From: Thalia democratica
Taxonomy: Eukaryota
Length of the DNA stretch: 64,000 nt
Direction: 5' to 3'
Assembly: GCA_965202585.1 (NCBI GenBank)
Contig: OZ241829.1
Coordinates: 65,844,001-65,908,000 of the forward strand
Shown here: positions 52,685 through 64,000 of the stretch, piece by piece
Layout: each line of letters starts with the position of its first letter
Position numbering within the stretch: position 1 is the stretch's first letter
The notes under the pieces: model-generated
Database searches by the model: none
What the model saw: only the letters and a program-made list of their open reading frames with translations
Told to the model about the DNA's origin: nothing
Program-made: the position numbers and the translations under genes

Positions 52685-55600
52685 ATGTTATTCTTATCAT
52701 CTTCAACAGGGAAAATGTCCATATTCAATTTGCGTCCTCACTGCGGGGAAGCGGGTCCGGCTCACCGCCTTGTGACCGGTTTCGTGCTGGACGAAAACAT
52801 CAGTACTTCTGTTAAGAAAAGTTTGCCCTGTTTGTATGTATATTGTATAATATTATCAGTGAACTTTCATAAATATTGCTGAATTCTACAAATAAAAACA
52901 GTTGTGTATTGTTGACATTTTTTTAATTTTCTTTAATGTTAAATACTTTAAAACGATTACTCATCTAAAACATGTGGATTTATAATCTTTTCATTGGATA
53001 AAACTTAATTAAAGTAGTTGCTTCCTTTTGTTAATAAATAATTTAATTTTTGTATTTTACCCTAAAAAGAATTCAGAGAGAGCTCTTTTTTATTTTTTCT
53101 TTTTATATGAATTTCATTCAGTTATTAAGATTATGTATATTAACCTAATTAAAAACTACATTACATTGTTTACAAAACTACATTGTTTACAAAACACTAA
53201 TGCGCATCTATTTTTGAATTTTGTTTTTTTAAATTTTTCTATACTTGTTTTTTAGCTAAACGAGGTTGTATAAACAAAGTAAAACAAAAAATTTGTGTAA
53301 TTTCTTATGTAACCAACAAAGTTGTACAAACCGACAAGTAACAAACAACCTTTTTACGTTTCAGTCTGCCAAGGTGTACCGTCGTTCGACGGAGCAACGA
53401 CCCACATCGTCCACCAGCGGCAGCCCCAACTGTCCAGTTTCGTCTACGGCGACGTGCTGACGTTTTCCTGCGACGGCCACAAACGGTTTCTTCCTTCCAA
53501 CCCGTCGCTGACTTGCCAGGAAAACGGAAGGTGGGGACCCGACACGCTGATTGGCTGCGTTGAAGGTAAGAAAAAATCCCCAAAAGTATGAGTACAATCT
53601 AATTTGACTTTTTTTTTTACAGATGACGTGTGCCCGTCTCCACCGCAAATCGCCTTTTCCTCGCACCACGACTACTACAGGCCTCCGACTCCGGCAAACT
53701 CTACCGACTCGATGTGGCTTCCGGAAACGATCCTGCATTACGAATGCAGCGATCAGTACCCGATAACCGTTCCCGACGACTTCTTCGGGGCGAAATGCAC
53801 CAGCAGCGGCGCGTGGGTGGGCGCGTATGGAAAATACCATCCTTCGCATGAAAAACCTCACGATATTAAAATGAACGACAAGAAGTTCAAGGAAAAGTTT
53901 GGAAAATGCGTCACTGGTATTTTTAATTTTTAATGTTTAGTCAACCTTTTTGTGTTTATAATTCACTTGAAGTAAGCTAGTAGCAGTTTATAGTTTTTTA
54001 GTTAGAAATTACGTTCGAAAAGGTACATGATGTCAATTTCAAGTTATTTTGATTTAAAAACTAAACTGCTACCACCAGTATCTTTGAAATATGTTGTTCC
54101 TAGGTTAACAATTACCACTTCTAATTAAGTTTTTAGCAAGCCTTTATGTTTCCAATTTTAGTTTGTTAAAACTTTTTTTTTACAATTGTCTATATTGACC
54201 CATGTACGACTCTGTTCTCGGCATGCTTTTTAGAAATTGCGTGGGATTTTTAAAAGGTTTATAAAATAAATTTATTTTAAAAATGCAAAATTTATTTCAG
54301 AGTGTGAGTTTCCCGATCCACATAACTCAATAAAAACTGTGCTAAAATATCTTGAAGTCAATGCGTCATACTCCATACCTTCAGTCGTCAGGTACACCTG
54401 TAACGAGGGTTACCATTGGACGCGGGTGGCAGTTGTGAGCTGTCGCCACCAAGATATTCAAGATAAAGGTCCTTTCGGAAGATTAAACACGCTGCTTGGA
54501 TTCTGTGCACCCGGTTAGCTTCTTTTAGTTTCAAAGATAAATTTTTGTAAACAAATTACAAAACAACTGAATGTTTTAAATTAACAACCGTAAGTATTTA
54601 TCTTTTCTGTTTTTTAATATGTCGAATAATTTAGTTTTGTTAAAGCCTTTCAGCGCAAAGTATTGCTACTGAAGTTTGTACATAAGTTTAAGGTAAAATA
54701 AAAAATTACTAATAACTTTTAGCTTGCCCGCCACTCCCATTTTTAATACGAAACGGGGTTAAGCGAGTTATTAGGCAACCGAATCGAAGGAGCTTGGTTT
54801 CCTTCTCGACAACCATACACTACTTTTGCAACCAAGGATTCACTCCGACTTTTGTAAACAGCCGATACAGTTGCAACTACGCTGGGAGCTGGCAAAATTC
54901 AGAGCTGAACCCTAGGTGTTTGAGGCGTAAGTTGTAACAATATTGATAAGTGTTTGTTTATCAGTCCACCTACTATTTGACTTTAAGGCTGCCCTAACCT
55001 GCAAAACGATCCGTACGGAAGTCTTGAAGCATCTGTACAAGCTCGGACTAATTTCTATCTGGCCGGTGACCGAGTTGAACTAAGCTGTGATGATGACTAC
55101 GTGTTGAGCTCAGACTTAACAGCTTCAAGTACAACTTTGTCCTGCCTGTCAAACGGAAGGTGGAATTACGAAAAAATACCGGTTTGTATTAAAAGTGAGT
55201 TACGCTAATCAAAAACTTTTATTCTTATTCTGTTGAACTTTCATTTATGTAAGAAAAAAATTTAAGACGTTCTTTTATTTTGACACCTACACTTGTTTCA
55301 GAAGTTTTTAAGCACTAAAATTAGTGACCTAACAAGTTTAGTTGATTCGTTTTTTCATTAGTTTAAATGCATTTAAACTAATTTATTAACTTAATTTTAT
55401 CTACAATATACTTCTTTTCTACTCAATTTGTTTATTTTAAGGATGTGACGACCCTCCTCGAGGCGACTTTCTAAATTCCACGATAAAGTTCAGTCACGCG
55501 CAAGGAGAATACTGGTCGTACACCGTAGTGGAGTACGTATGCAAGGAAAAACACACTTTTAAATATCCCGATGAGGACGGGACTCGCACTTGTGAAGGAG

Positions 55601-58600
55601 ACGCAAACTGGAGCGATGACTCCCCTCCTGAGTGTGCTCCCGGTTAATAAATGATGAAAATATTATCACTATCCCAACAAATACTTTTAGTTATATTTTA
55701 ATCTGTGTGTAAGAAATAACAAATAAACTACACTTAACAGAATGTGAAACTCCTCCAGCCGTTGAAGGCTCAACAATTAATATTTTAAACGACTCATTTA
55801 TTGAATACGAATGTTTAGACGGTTATCACATTGACAACGAGTCGAACAGCGTTTTCGAGTGCAGGCTCGGTCCTGTTTGGTTTCCCTTGGAAACTCCTGT
55901 CTGTCTAAAAGGTAAATAAATACCAGTTTTTACTGCAAACTGTTTGTTAGACAAATTTCAAGCGTCTAAAAAGATCCTCTCAGGCTCAAATCAATTTCCT
56001 ACTCTAAAATTTTTTAACGGACTATTTTTAAGTGTCTTGAAATGTTATCAAATTTATTACGAGTTTATCTTTTCTAGAATGCAACAGCATACCCGTGTAC
56101 GATAAAACGTTGCCCGCTGTTGTTACAAAGAATGTTTCAAGGGAGGGCAAGCTTATAACCGGATCATCGTTGAATTTCAGCTGTCAACCAAACTACGGCC
56201 TGATCAACTCGATATCGAGTTGTGGCCTCGACGGCAGATGGACGCCCGAGATCACGTGTGTTCGAGGTATGTATATTTGCACGTGAAAAAATAAATTAAA
56301 AACAACTCATTTTTTTGTTTTTAAAGATTGCGGGAATCCAGACGAGATCGACAACGGATCTTTCCTGGTCAACGAAGAGTCGGATGAGTATCCTGAAGGT
56401 GAAGAGGAACTGTACAGCAGCAAGTATCCGCACCAGGTGACTTATTCTTGCAACCCGTTTCACTCGACGGTTCCCGGAAGCGAGATGGTGTTGAAATGCT
56501 CGAATACCAGCTTCACGTTTGAACCTGAGTTGCCGGTCTGCTTGCCAGGTGACCAAGTCGTATACAAATGTTTAAGCTCATGATTTGTACTAAATTTTAT
56601 TAAAAGTTTTAATCGGTTTTTTAAAGTTTTAATGTTTCAATTTATTTTAAAACCACAGAGTGTTCAACCCCGCCAACCAACAATTATTCCACGTTTGATT
56701 TTTTCATGAGCACTCACCGTGTCTACCTACCGCCGAACAGAATAAAGTACACTTGCGAAGCCGGCTACAGAACTTTGCCTTCAGGTCTCAGCGTGCTGCA
56801 GTGCGGTGATGACGGGGAATGGACATTTGATGATTTCAAAAGCTGCTACACTGGTTAGATTGTTGACTAGGTTTATTTTGATGGCTTAAAAGTTGAAGTA
56901 AAACGGTCAGTTAAAAATATTGCTTAAGTAGTTATAGTATATTTTTATTCTACTAAAAGGTGATTACAAAACTTAATATTATACTGCTTTAGTAATAATA
57001 AAAACATTTTTAAACAACGTTTTTGTAATTGGAACTATAAAAGATTACTTTAATTACATTGCGTTTTAAAAAAGTATATTTCTAAAAGCTTTAATACGTC
57101 ATTCACAATACTTTGAGCAGAGTGTAAACTTTTTTCATAAGTTTTTATATTTAAATAATACTAAACAAATTTAAAACAGTTAAGCAAAAATTACGGAAAA
57201 AATATACAAATACTAATTAAAGTACATTAGTATAACTTTTTCCACAACTTTAATAGAAACAGAATGCAATTCTGCGCCCCCACAATTAGACAATGCAACT
57301 CAGCATTTCAAATGGCAGTATGAAGGGGTGCATCTTCCAGGCACGCAAGTCAATTATGTTTGCCAGAACGGCTTCATCATGGCCCCGCAGTTTTTCCAGG
57401 GATTTGAATGCAGCGAAAATTCGTTAGAATACGACATTCCTCTCACAACCAGAGAGTCGTTTACTTCTGGTGCTTGCTATCCGGGTTAGGTTTCAGAATA
57501 TATATATATTAATTAAAACTTCTTTTTTGCTTTTTTATTTTGTTTTTAAGTTTTTTCCCATTTTGAATTAACAAAATTAACTGGAAATCTTCAGACTGTG
57601 GCGACTGGCCAGACATCCCGAATGGCAAACGGTTCACTGCGGATTCACAGTTTCTATCGGACTTGGTAGGAGAAAGACACGTTTTGATAATTTCATCCAA
57701 CTATTTGTGCAACACAGGATATCTTTACACGAGCGCAAATAGCCTTGTAACATGCACTGATTCCTCAAAACCACTAGATGTTAAAAGTTGCTCTAGAGGT
57801 AATATTTTGTTTATAACTATTTACGAACAAAAACATAAAGGTAACTAAAATTAAAAAAATAATATTTAAAAATCTAAACAAAGTTGAAAAGTGTATGTAT
57901 TCCAGAATGTAAAAGTTTGCCAATTACAAGTATGGACTTTGCAACCGTCGAATATTACAAAAGGCCAAGGACAGATATTAATGTGGGAGGAACAGAATTC
58001 AGATTTGTTTGCGACCAAGGGTACTTCCTCGTGGACCGTCCTGGCTCGTTGCGTGTGAGCTGTGAAAAGCTACGCGACGGTTTTCAAGAAGATCTAGGAA
58101 TATGCGGAGTCATTGGTTTCAGGTGTGATCTTAATGGTATCTGGCACTCTTTGGAAAGATCGCGCTGCATTACAAGTAAATTTAACGTACCACTTTGAAT
58201 TAAACACTAGTATTTTTTGCATCAAACTAATTGGCATGTTTAGTAGTTGAGTGAAACGTGTTTAATGAATTTAATTTAGGTTGTCTGACACCACCAAGCG
58301 ACGATTTGGCAACTTGGAAAATTACCAGCACATATTGGGAAGGAAGACTGTTCACCGACACGGTTGTAGAGTACACTTGTCCTGAAACCCACACGCTGAC
58401 CAACTTCACTGATTCAACTCGTATATGTGGAAGAGACGGAAGTTGGAGCGATCCTGTTGCACCCAGCTGTATCCCTAGTAATATTCGTTATTATTTTTAG
58501 TGAACTCTAGTTTCCAGAGCTTATAGTTTTACCTCATTAAATACTTTTAAAGTAACGTGTTACAATACACATAAAACTATTTTTCTTAGCTGTTAAATCT

Positions 58601-61600
58601 CACGTACGATGAAAATAAAAGTTTATGAACACTTTGGACACGCTACCAAAGTAAATTCTAAGGAGTGATAAAGCTAACGTGTACTAAGTAATGATAATTA
58701 TTGAGTATTTAATTTTCAGTTTTAAACCTTTATACTATCAATACTTCTTATGACAATCACTTCTGCATTAAAACATACATATGGGAAATCAACTACTTTT
58801 TTTTGTAAAACTTACTAATTTACGCAGCTTAATGAGTTTAAGGACGTCTGCTTAAGTTTTGTGTTCAATTTAGCTAACTTTAAGTCTTTTGCATAAAAAT
58901 TTGGCTTTTAGATGGAAGACAATATATCAAAAAAACTTAATTACTGTTTACAAAAAGTTTGCCTTCTTTGGCAACAAATATAACTGTACCAAATATTGAT
59001 TAGTTATAAAAGTTTTGAAAATTTCAACAAATTTCAGTTTGCGAACTGTTGCCAACTTCCATCGAGAACGGTCAATTCCACCAGTTGACCGATCAGCATG
59101 CCAGCATGAAAGATGTAGAAGGAACAAGGAAGAGTTACGTTTGCGACGAAGGCTACCACCTGCTCATATCCTCTTACTTTCCAGCTTCTTTTACATTCCA
59201 CTGCAACCAACAAGTACCTCCGAATGCTGTGCAGTGGAATGAAGTCAGTTCTGGGAGCCAAGTGGCAAAACCGTTGTGCATTAAAAGTTGGTGTTTTTTT
59301 ATTAAACGTTGTATATGAAAAGCAATATACGCCTTATTGATAAAAAATTTTCAGGAAAATGTAAAGCGTATCAAATAATAACGGATGCTCATTCGTACGA
59401 TGAGGCAGTTGAAAGGTGCGACAATTTATCTGCAGACCTTCTTGGACCAACCCTTGACGATGTAGATTATGAAAAGTTTGTTTTAAAACACTTTGCTAAC
59501 CCTACTACTTTTCTAGTTACGTTTTATAAAAAGAAAAAATTGCATTCAAAACGGTGATTGTTTATTTTCTATAACATTAAAAATGTAAACTTATACAACA
59601 GGTATTTGAAGGCTATAACTCAGCACATGAGTGATGAAAACTTCGAGTACACTTACATCTACGGAAAGCCAGAATTGATCGACACCTTTTTAAACTGGTG
59701 TTCAGGCTTCCCAAAACCTTCCGCCTCTTCGATCTGCTATTTCATCCGCACAAACGGCTTCTGCGTTGTTAATTTAGACTGTGAAAGCAAACGGCCGATT
59801 GTATTCGAAGTTGACCGCTTCGAGCTTAGGCCAAGAGAAGAGTCAAACTCATACCAGTTTGCCGACGATGCTTGCAGATCGGTAGAAGGTACCCTGATGT
59901 CTACGACTTTTTTCATCCCTGCTTATATGCCGTAAGTACTTTAGAGAAGTTATCTTTGTTTTTCTTGTTATTTGCATTGACAAATTTCGGTACTTGAATA
60001 GTGGAAAACGGTAAGTTAAAACATTTTCAAACTGAAATGTTTATTTTTATTAAAGTTCACCTGAGTTGACAAGTCGAGCAAAAATAATAATAAGCCGTAT
60101 TTTGAAAATAGTTATATGAACATCTTTAAAATTTTACCACATTCATAGAGAACAATAATAAAAAACAAGGGTTTATGTTGTCACAAAAACATTTTCTCAG
60201 GTCAAAATAGTTTTGCTAAACTTTTAAAAACCATACAAATAACTAATTTCTAGAGGTAACATTAAGCACTTAAAATCTACATGTATTATACTATACCCAA
60301 ATTACAGTCGAATAAAGAAGATCATAGACACATTACCAGGAAGCAAGATGTGGACTGGTTTGCAGCGGCCCGGGTCCGATTATTCCGCAAACGACTTCGT
60401 CACCCTGCCCGACGGTAAAAGAATTCTGATATCTCAAATATCGCAGTTCTGCCGGCGCGTGGACTACAACCGAGATCGCGGCTGTTTGAGCGACTTCGGG
60501 TGCTACCAATCCTACCAGGCTTCAATCTGCGAAATTGCCGTCTGCTCAGCTCGAGACGCCAAAGTGCCAAATCTTCCTTACACGAGATGCAGCAGAGGAA
60601 GCTGGTACGTTTCAGCTGACAGATCAGAACGACTTGTCTGTTACGCAGGTACAACAACTGTTTCAAATATCGTTTTAGTATTTTTTACTATCAATTTTGA
60701 TTCTTCAGATGTTCAGCATTTGTTATCAGACTTGTATACTACAGTAGAATTATTTTAAGACTAAAAAACATGTTACTATGTAAATTTTTCTATATCGTTT
60801 TTCAACTTAATGTTTTTTAATTTCCGAAATTACTTAAATGACAACTTATAATTTTTTATAATTTAGTACAATTTAGTAAATATATACACGTTTTCGTAAG
60901 TTAATTAGGATAAAAGTAAAGTTAAAAGTTGCTTAAAGCTCTCATGAGTTCATTCGTGAGTTTAAAACTTATAAAATATATTCAAATAGATAAGTATTGC
61001 TACCTAAGCTAAAATAAAAGTCAAACTGAATTAAGACTCAAGTAACAAATTATATGAGTTTTGTCTACAATTATTTGTAATTGGATTATAAATGCAAGAA
61101 AAATAAGTACCGTTTTGAACTAAAATTATAATAACAGTAAAATAAGTGTATTTGCCACAAGCTCATATCAAGTGCTTTATATAAGCAGTTAAAAGCTTAT
61201 GATAAAAATTACGCACAAATTCTGCTTGGCTTTTTTGAATAAAGACTTTAAGCATGTAGCATTCTGTTTGTACATTTGTAGACAAACTACTTATCTAAAA
61301 AGAGATGAACTGATCCTTCTCTATATACAATTCATCAACGACATTACTTTATAAAACAGGATTTGACATCAAACTGACAACGGAAAAAGGAAGTTGGGAA
61401 GAAACAAGAGACATGTGCGAAGATATGGGAGGTCAACTGGTCCACAACACTTTGAAGAGATACGTTGGAAGACTTCGTACATCGTATAAGGAGTAAGTAG
61501 CTAAAGAATTTACTCAAGTTAAGTTGTGTATTGCTACTGAGCAAGTGTAATGAACAAGTTTTTAAAATTTGGTATTATCCATTCAAGCTCATTAGATTGA

Positions 61601-62049
61601 TTATTTTTATAAATCTTTTGATAAAACGTGTTTTGGACGTGGAATAAAACATGACACTTTAAATTTTTTTTTACCATTTCAAAATCTCATTGAGCATAAG
61701 TTTTTTCTACATTAATAAAATCTTAAATTAAATATTGAAAAATAAAAATTTTGAAATTTTTCACTTATTCAGTTTGGTGGAAGAAGCGATTGACAGCAAC
61801 GATGTTTGGATCGGATGCCAGCGGGCCAAGGACAAAACTTTGAACAGCGAGTTCCAACTGTTGAACGGCGAATATTTGTTCGCTTCCCGCGCAAACCCGT
61901 TTGAACAGCTGCTCTACTATTGGTCGGCTTCAGTGCCACGTGACACCGAACTCGATCAAGCCGTTGTCATAAGGCACGAGAAAAAAGCGCTCGAAAACTT
62001 GCCCAAGTCACAAGAACTTTACGGGCTTTGTGAAATTGGACATTATTGA
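52685..62049 (+). CDS. CCP x15 + CTL x3 gene, copy 2 (frame open; lectin domains damaged); 5' end uncertain
   Basis: Exons 53365-53565, 53623-53916, 54301-54513, 54723-54926, 54988-55194, 55442-55642, 55741-55911, 56078-56266, 56327-56548, 56659-56853, 57263-57484, 57595-57798, 57906-58175, 58280-58477, 59038-59286, 59355-59475, 59602-59931, 60308-60648, 61360-61492, 61773-62049. Has a 33-bp in-frame deletion and a Cys>Phe change. Confidence 0.87.
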
Positions 62050-64000
62050 TTTATTCTGTTTTTATTTTTTCTATAAGTTAGTTTTTTCTATAAAATTCAA
62101 ACTTGTATCAAATGATTTCTTCTAAAATTGTATAAGATTTAAATTTTAAATTTAGATTTTATAACGATATTTATCGTTTATATTTTGTCTAGTAGTATGT
62201 TTGATATATTAAGATATGGATAATTCAACAAATTAGAAATATTCTGTTTTATTATATTTCAATTTTATTAAGCTTTGCATTTTGTTAAACTCCCAAAAAC
62301 TAAATTTTATTTGTCAAACTTTCAAGTATTGGATTATAACAATTTTATAATTGTGTACTTTGAAAAGTTTCACTTGAAACAAAAGTTGTTTTTTTACTTC
62401 GTTGTTTACTTATTATATTTTAGTTTTAAAGGTTTGATTTATAATACTAAAGTTTTGGAGTGTATAAAGCAAAATTATATTTTTTAAATAATCATAAGTA
62501 TTTCAAGTTTCTAATATAAACTATAAGCAAATATAAGACTTAAAATAGTTTTCTTAAGGACGCTACAGTTTAAAATAAAAAAGACTATTTTTTATAATCA
62601 AATTTACCCAAGGTAAGTATTAAATTTTAATATATGTTTCTTAACATTTTTAAGCTACTTAAAAATGTAGCAGTAAGTAAAGTTTTTGTCTTAGAAAAAC
62701 AAAAAAGACCTTGTGAGTAATTTTTGTGATAGTTTGTTTTAACTACGACTTAGCATGTTTAAAAATATCACGAAGCAGCAAATAATAAATGTAATGAATA
62801 AAAACATAACAAATTAATTGATCTTTTAGGTCAAAAAAAAGCTATACTGTTTTCTTTAGTCTTAATAAAAAGTGTAATATGTAAAAAAGCAAAAAAAAAA
62901 CTTAAGACTTTTTTAAATTGAATAAAAAATAAAAGTTTCTCTAAATTTATTCGAAACGTTTTGAACTTTATAAATAATAGAAGAGTAGAAAAATAAGTTG
63001 ACTTTTAAGATCATGAAATTATTTTTTATTGTTTTGATATAATCGAAACAAAAAACTTATTATCTATAAAGCAAAAATAAACGTTTAAAATGTTTTTTTA
63101 ACTTAATACGAACCTTAGGCTCAACTCCTTTATGTTATCTCAAAAATGTGTTTAATTTTATAAAGAATACCCATGTAATAAAAATAGATGGGCTCTTATA
63201 TACAAAAAATGTAGTTTTTGTTTAATCTTAAAACAATTTGTTATACCTATGAAGTTAGATTATTAAGTTTTTTATCTAAACTTTTTATAAATCATAAGCT
63301 CAATTAAGTTTTTTTGAAACGTGTTTATTTTTATAAATATTATCAATTAAAAAATAGTTGAACTTTAGGTCACAAAGTTTTTTTTGATTACTCTATCTAA
63401 AAAAATTTGGTACTGAAAAACCAAGAAGTTTGAGCAAGATCTTTTTTGTTAAAATTGAAAAAAGTTATAAGTGTAACAGATTAAATTAAAACTGAGTAAA
63501 AGTTAAAAAAAAGTTTTCAAAATGCACAAATATCTAAAAGCTTCTCTTTCCCACTATAATAATATTAAAAGTTGTTTATACTCCACCAAGTCGAAAACTA
63601 TTTAAATTTGTTATAAAATCATGTAAACTTTTCCTTTTAAAATATAGTTTTACAAAAAAAATGTTTTTTTATTTTAAGAAAATTAATATATCTTTTAAAT
63701 ATTGAAAAATATAAAATACTCGATATGACAACATGCAAGAAAAAAAAAAAATAAATTCATCAATTTTGTTGTCTTCAAAATGTTGAATTGAATTAACAAA
63801 GTCTTAATTAATGTTTAAAAAAAGAAAATTTAAACTTATTTATGAAAATATAAGTAATCAAACTAAATAGTAACGCTAAAAAAAATAAGGAATTTTTCTT
63901 ACTATGACGAAATATACCGATTGAATAAGCAATTAGCAAGGCCTTATAATCGTTCTACATAATGAAAATATGACAAACAATGTTGTCTGCTGTTTTTTTT

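Larger units (their letters stand above)
37340..64000. repeat. Large segmental/tandem duplication, copy 2 (runs off window end; start approximate)
   Basis: Same order of array, Penelope remnant, hairpin element, CCP/CTL gene and 3' flank as copy 1, with scattered SNPs and indels. Confidence 0.95.

Overview
AT-rich animal (invertebrate-type) genomic DNA with short GT-AG introns and GC-richer exons; no prokaryotic features. Most of the window is two tandem copies of a ~36.5 kb segment (1-27572 matches ~40211-64000; 27.6-37.3 kb appears once here). Each copy holds: (i) a ~1.45-1.76 kb tandem array whose unit carries a 139-nt exon resembling the alpha-2-macroglobulin/TEP segment just before the thioester domain (8 copies in the window) plus a decayed hAT-type MITE; (ii) a frameshifted Penelope-like retroelement; (iii) a ~1.1 kb hairpin-rich element with short terminal inverted repeats, a perfect 114-bp palindrome and a 72-bp VNTR; (iv) a ~21-exon gene for a probably secreted ~1500-aa protein with 15 CCP/sushi modules and 3 C-type-lectin-like domains. 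The second gene copy has lost the EPDN lectin motif and a conserved Cys. The single-copy part has an intronless carbonyl-reductase-like SDR gene, a tRNA-like SINE head and several MITEs, one nested with an 8-bp TSD. All family calls come from motif recognition by eye; no searches were run. The duplication could be two haplotypes assembled in tandem.
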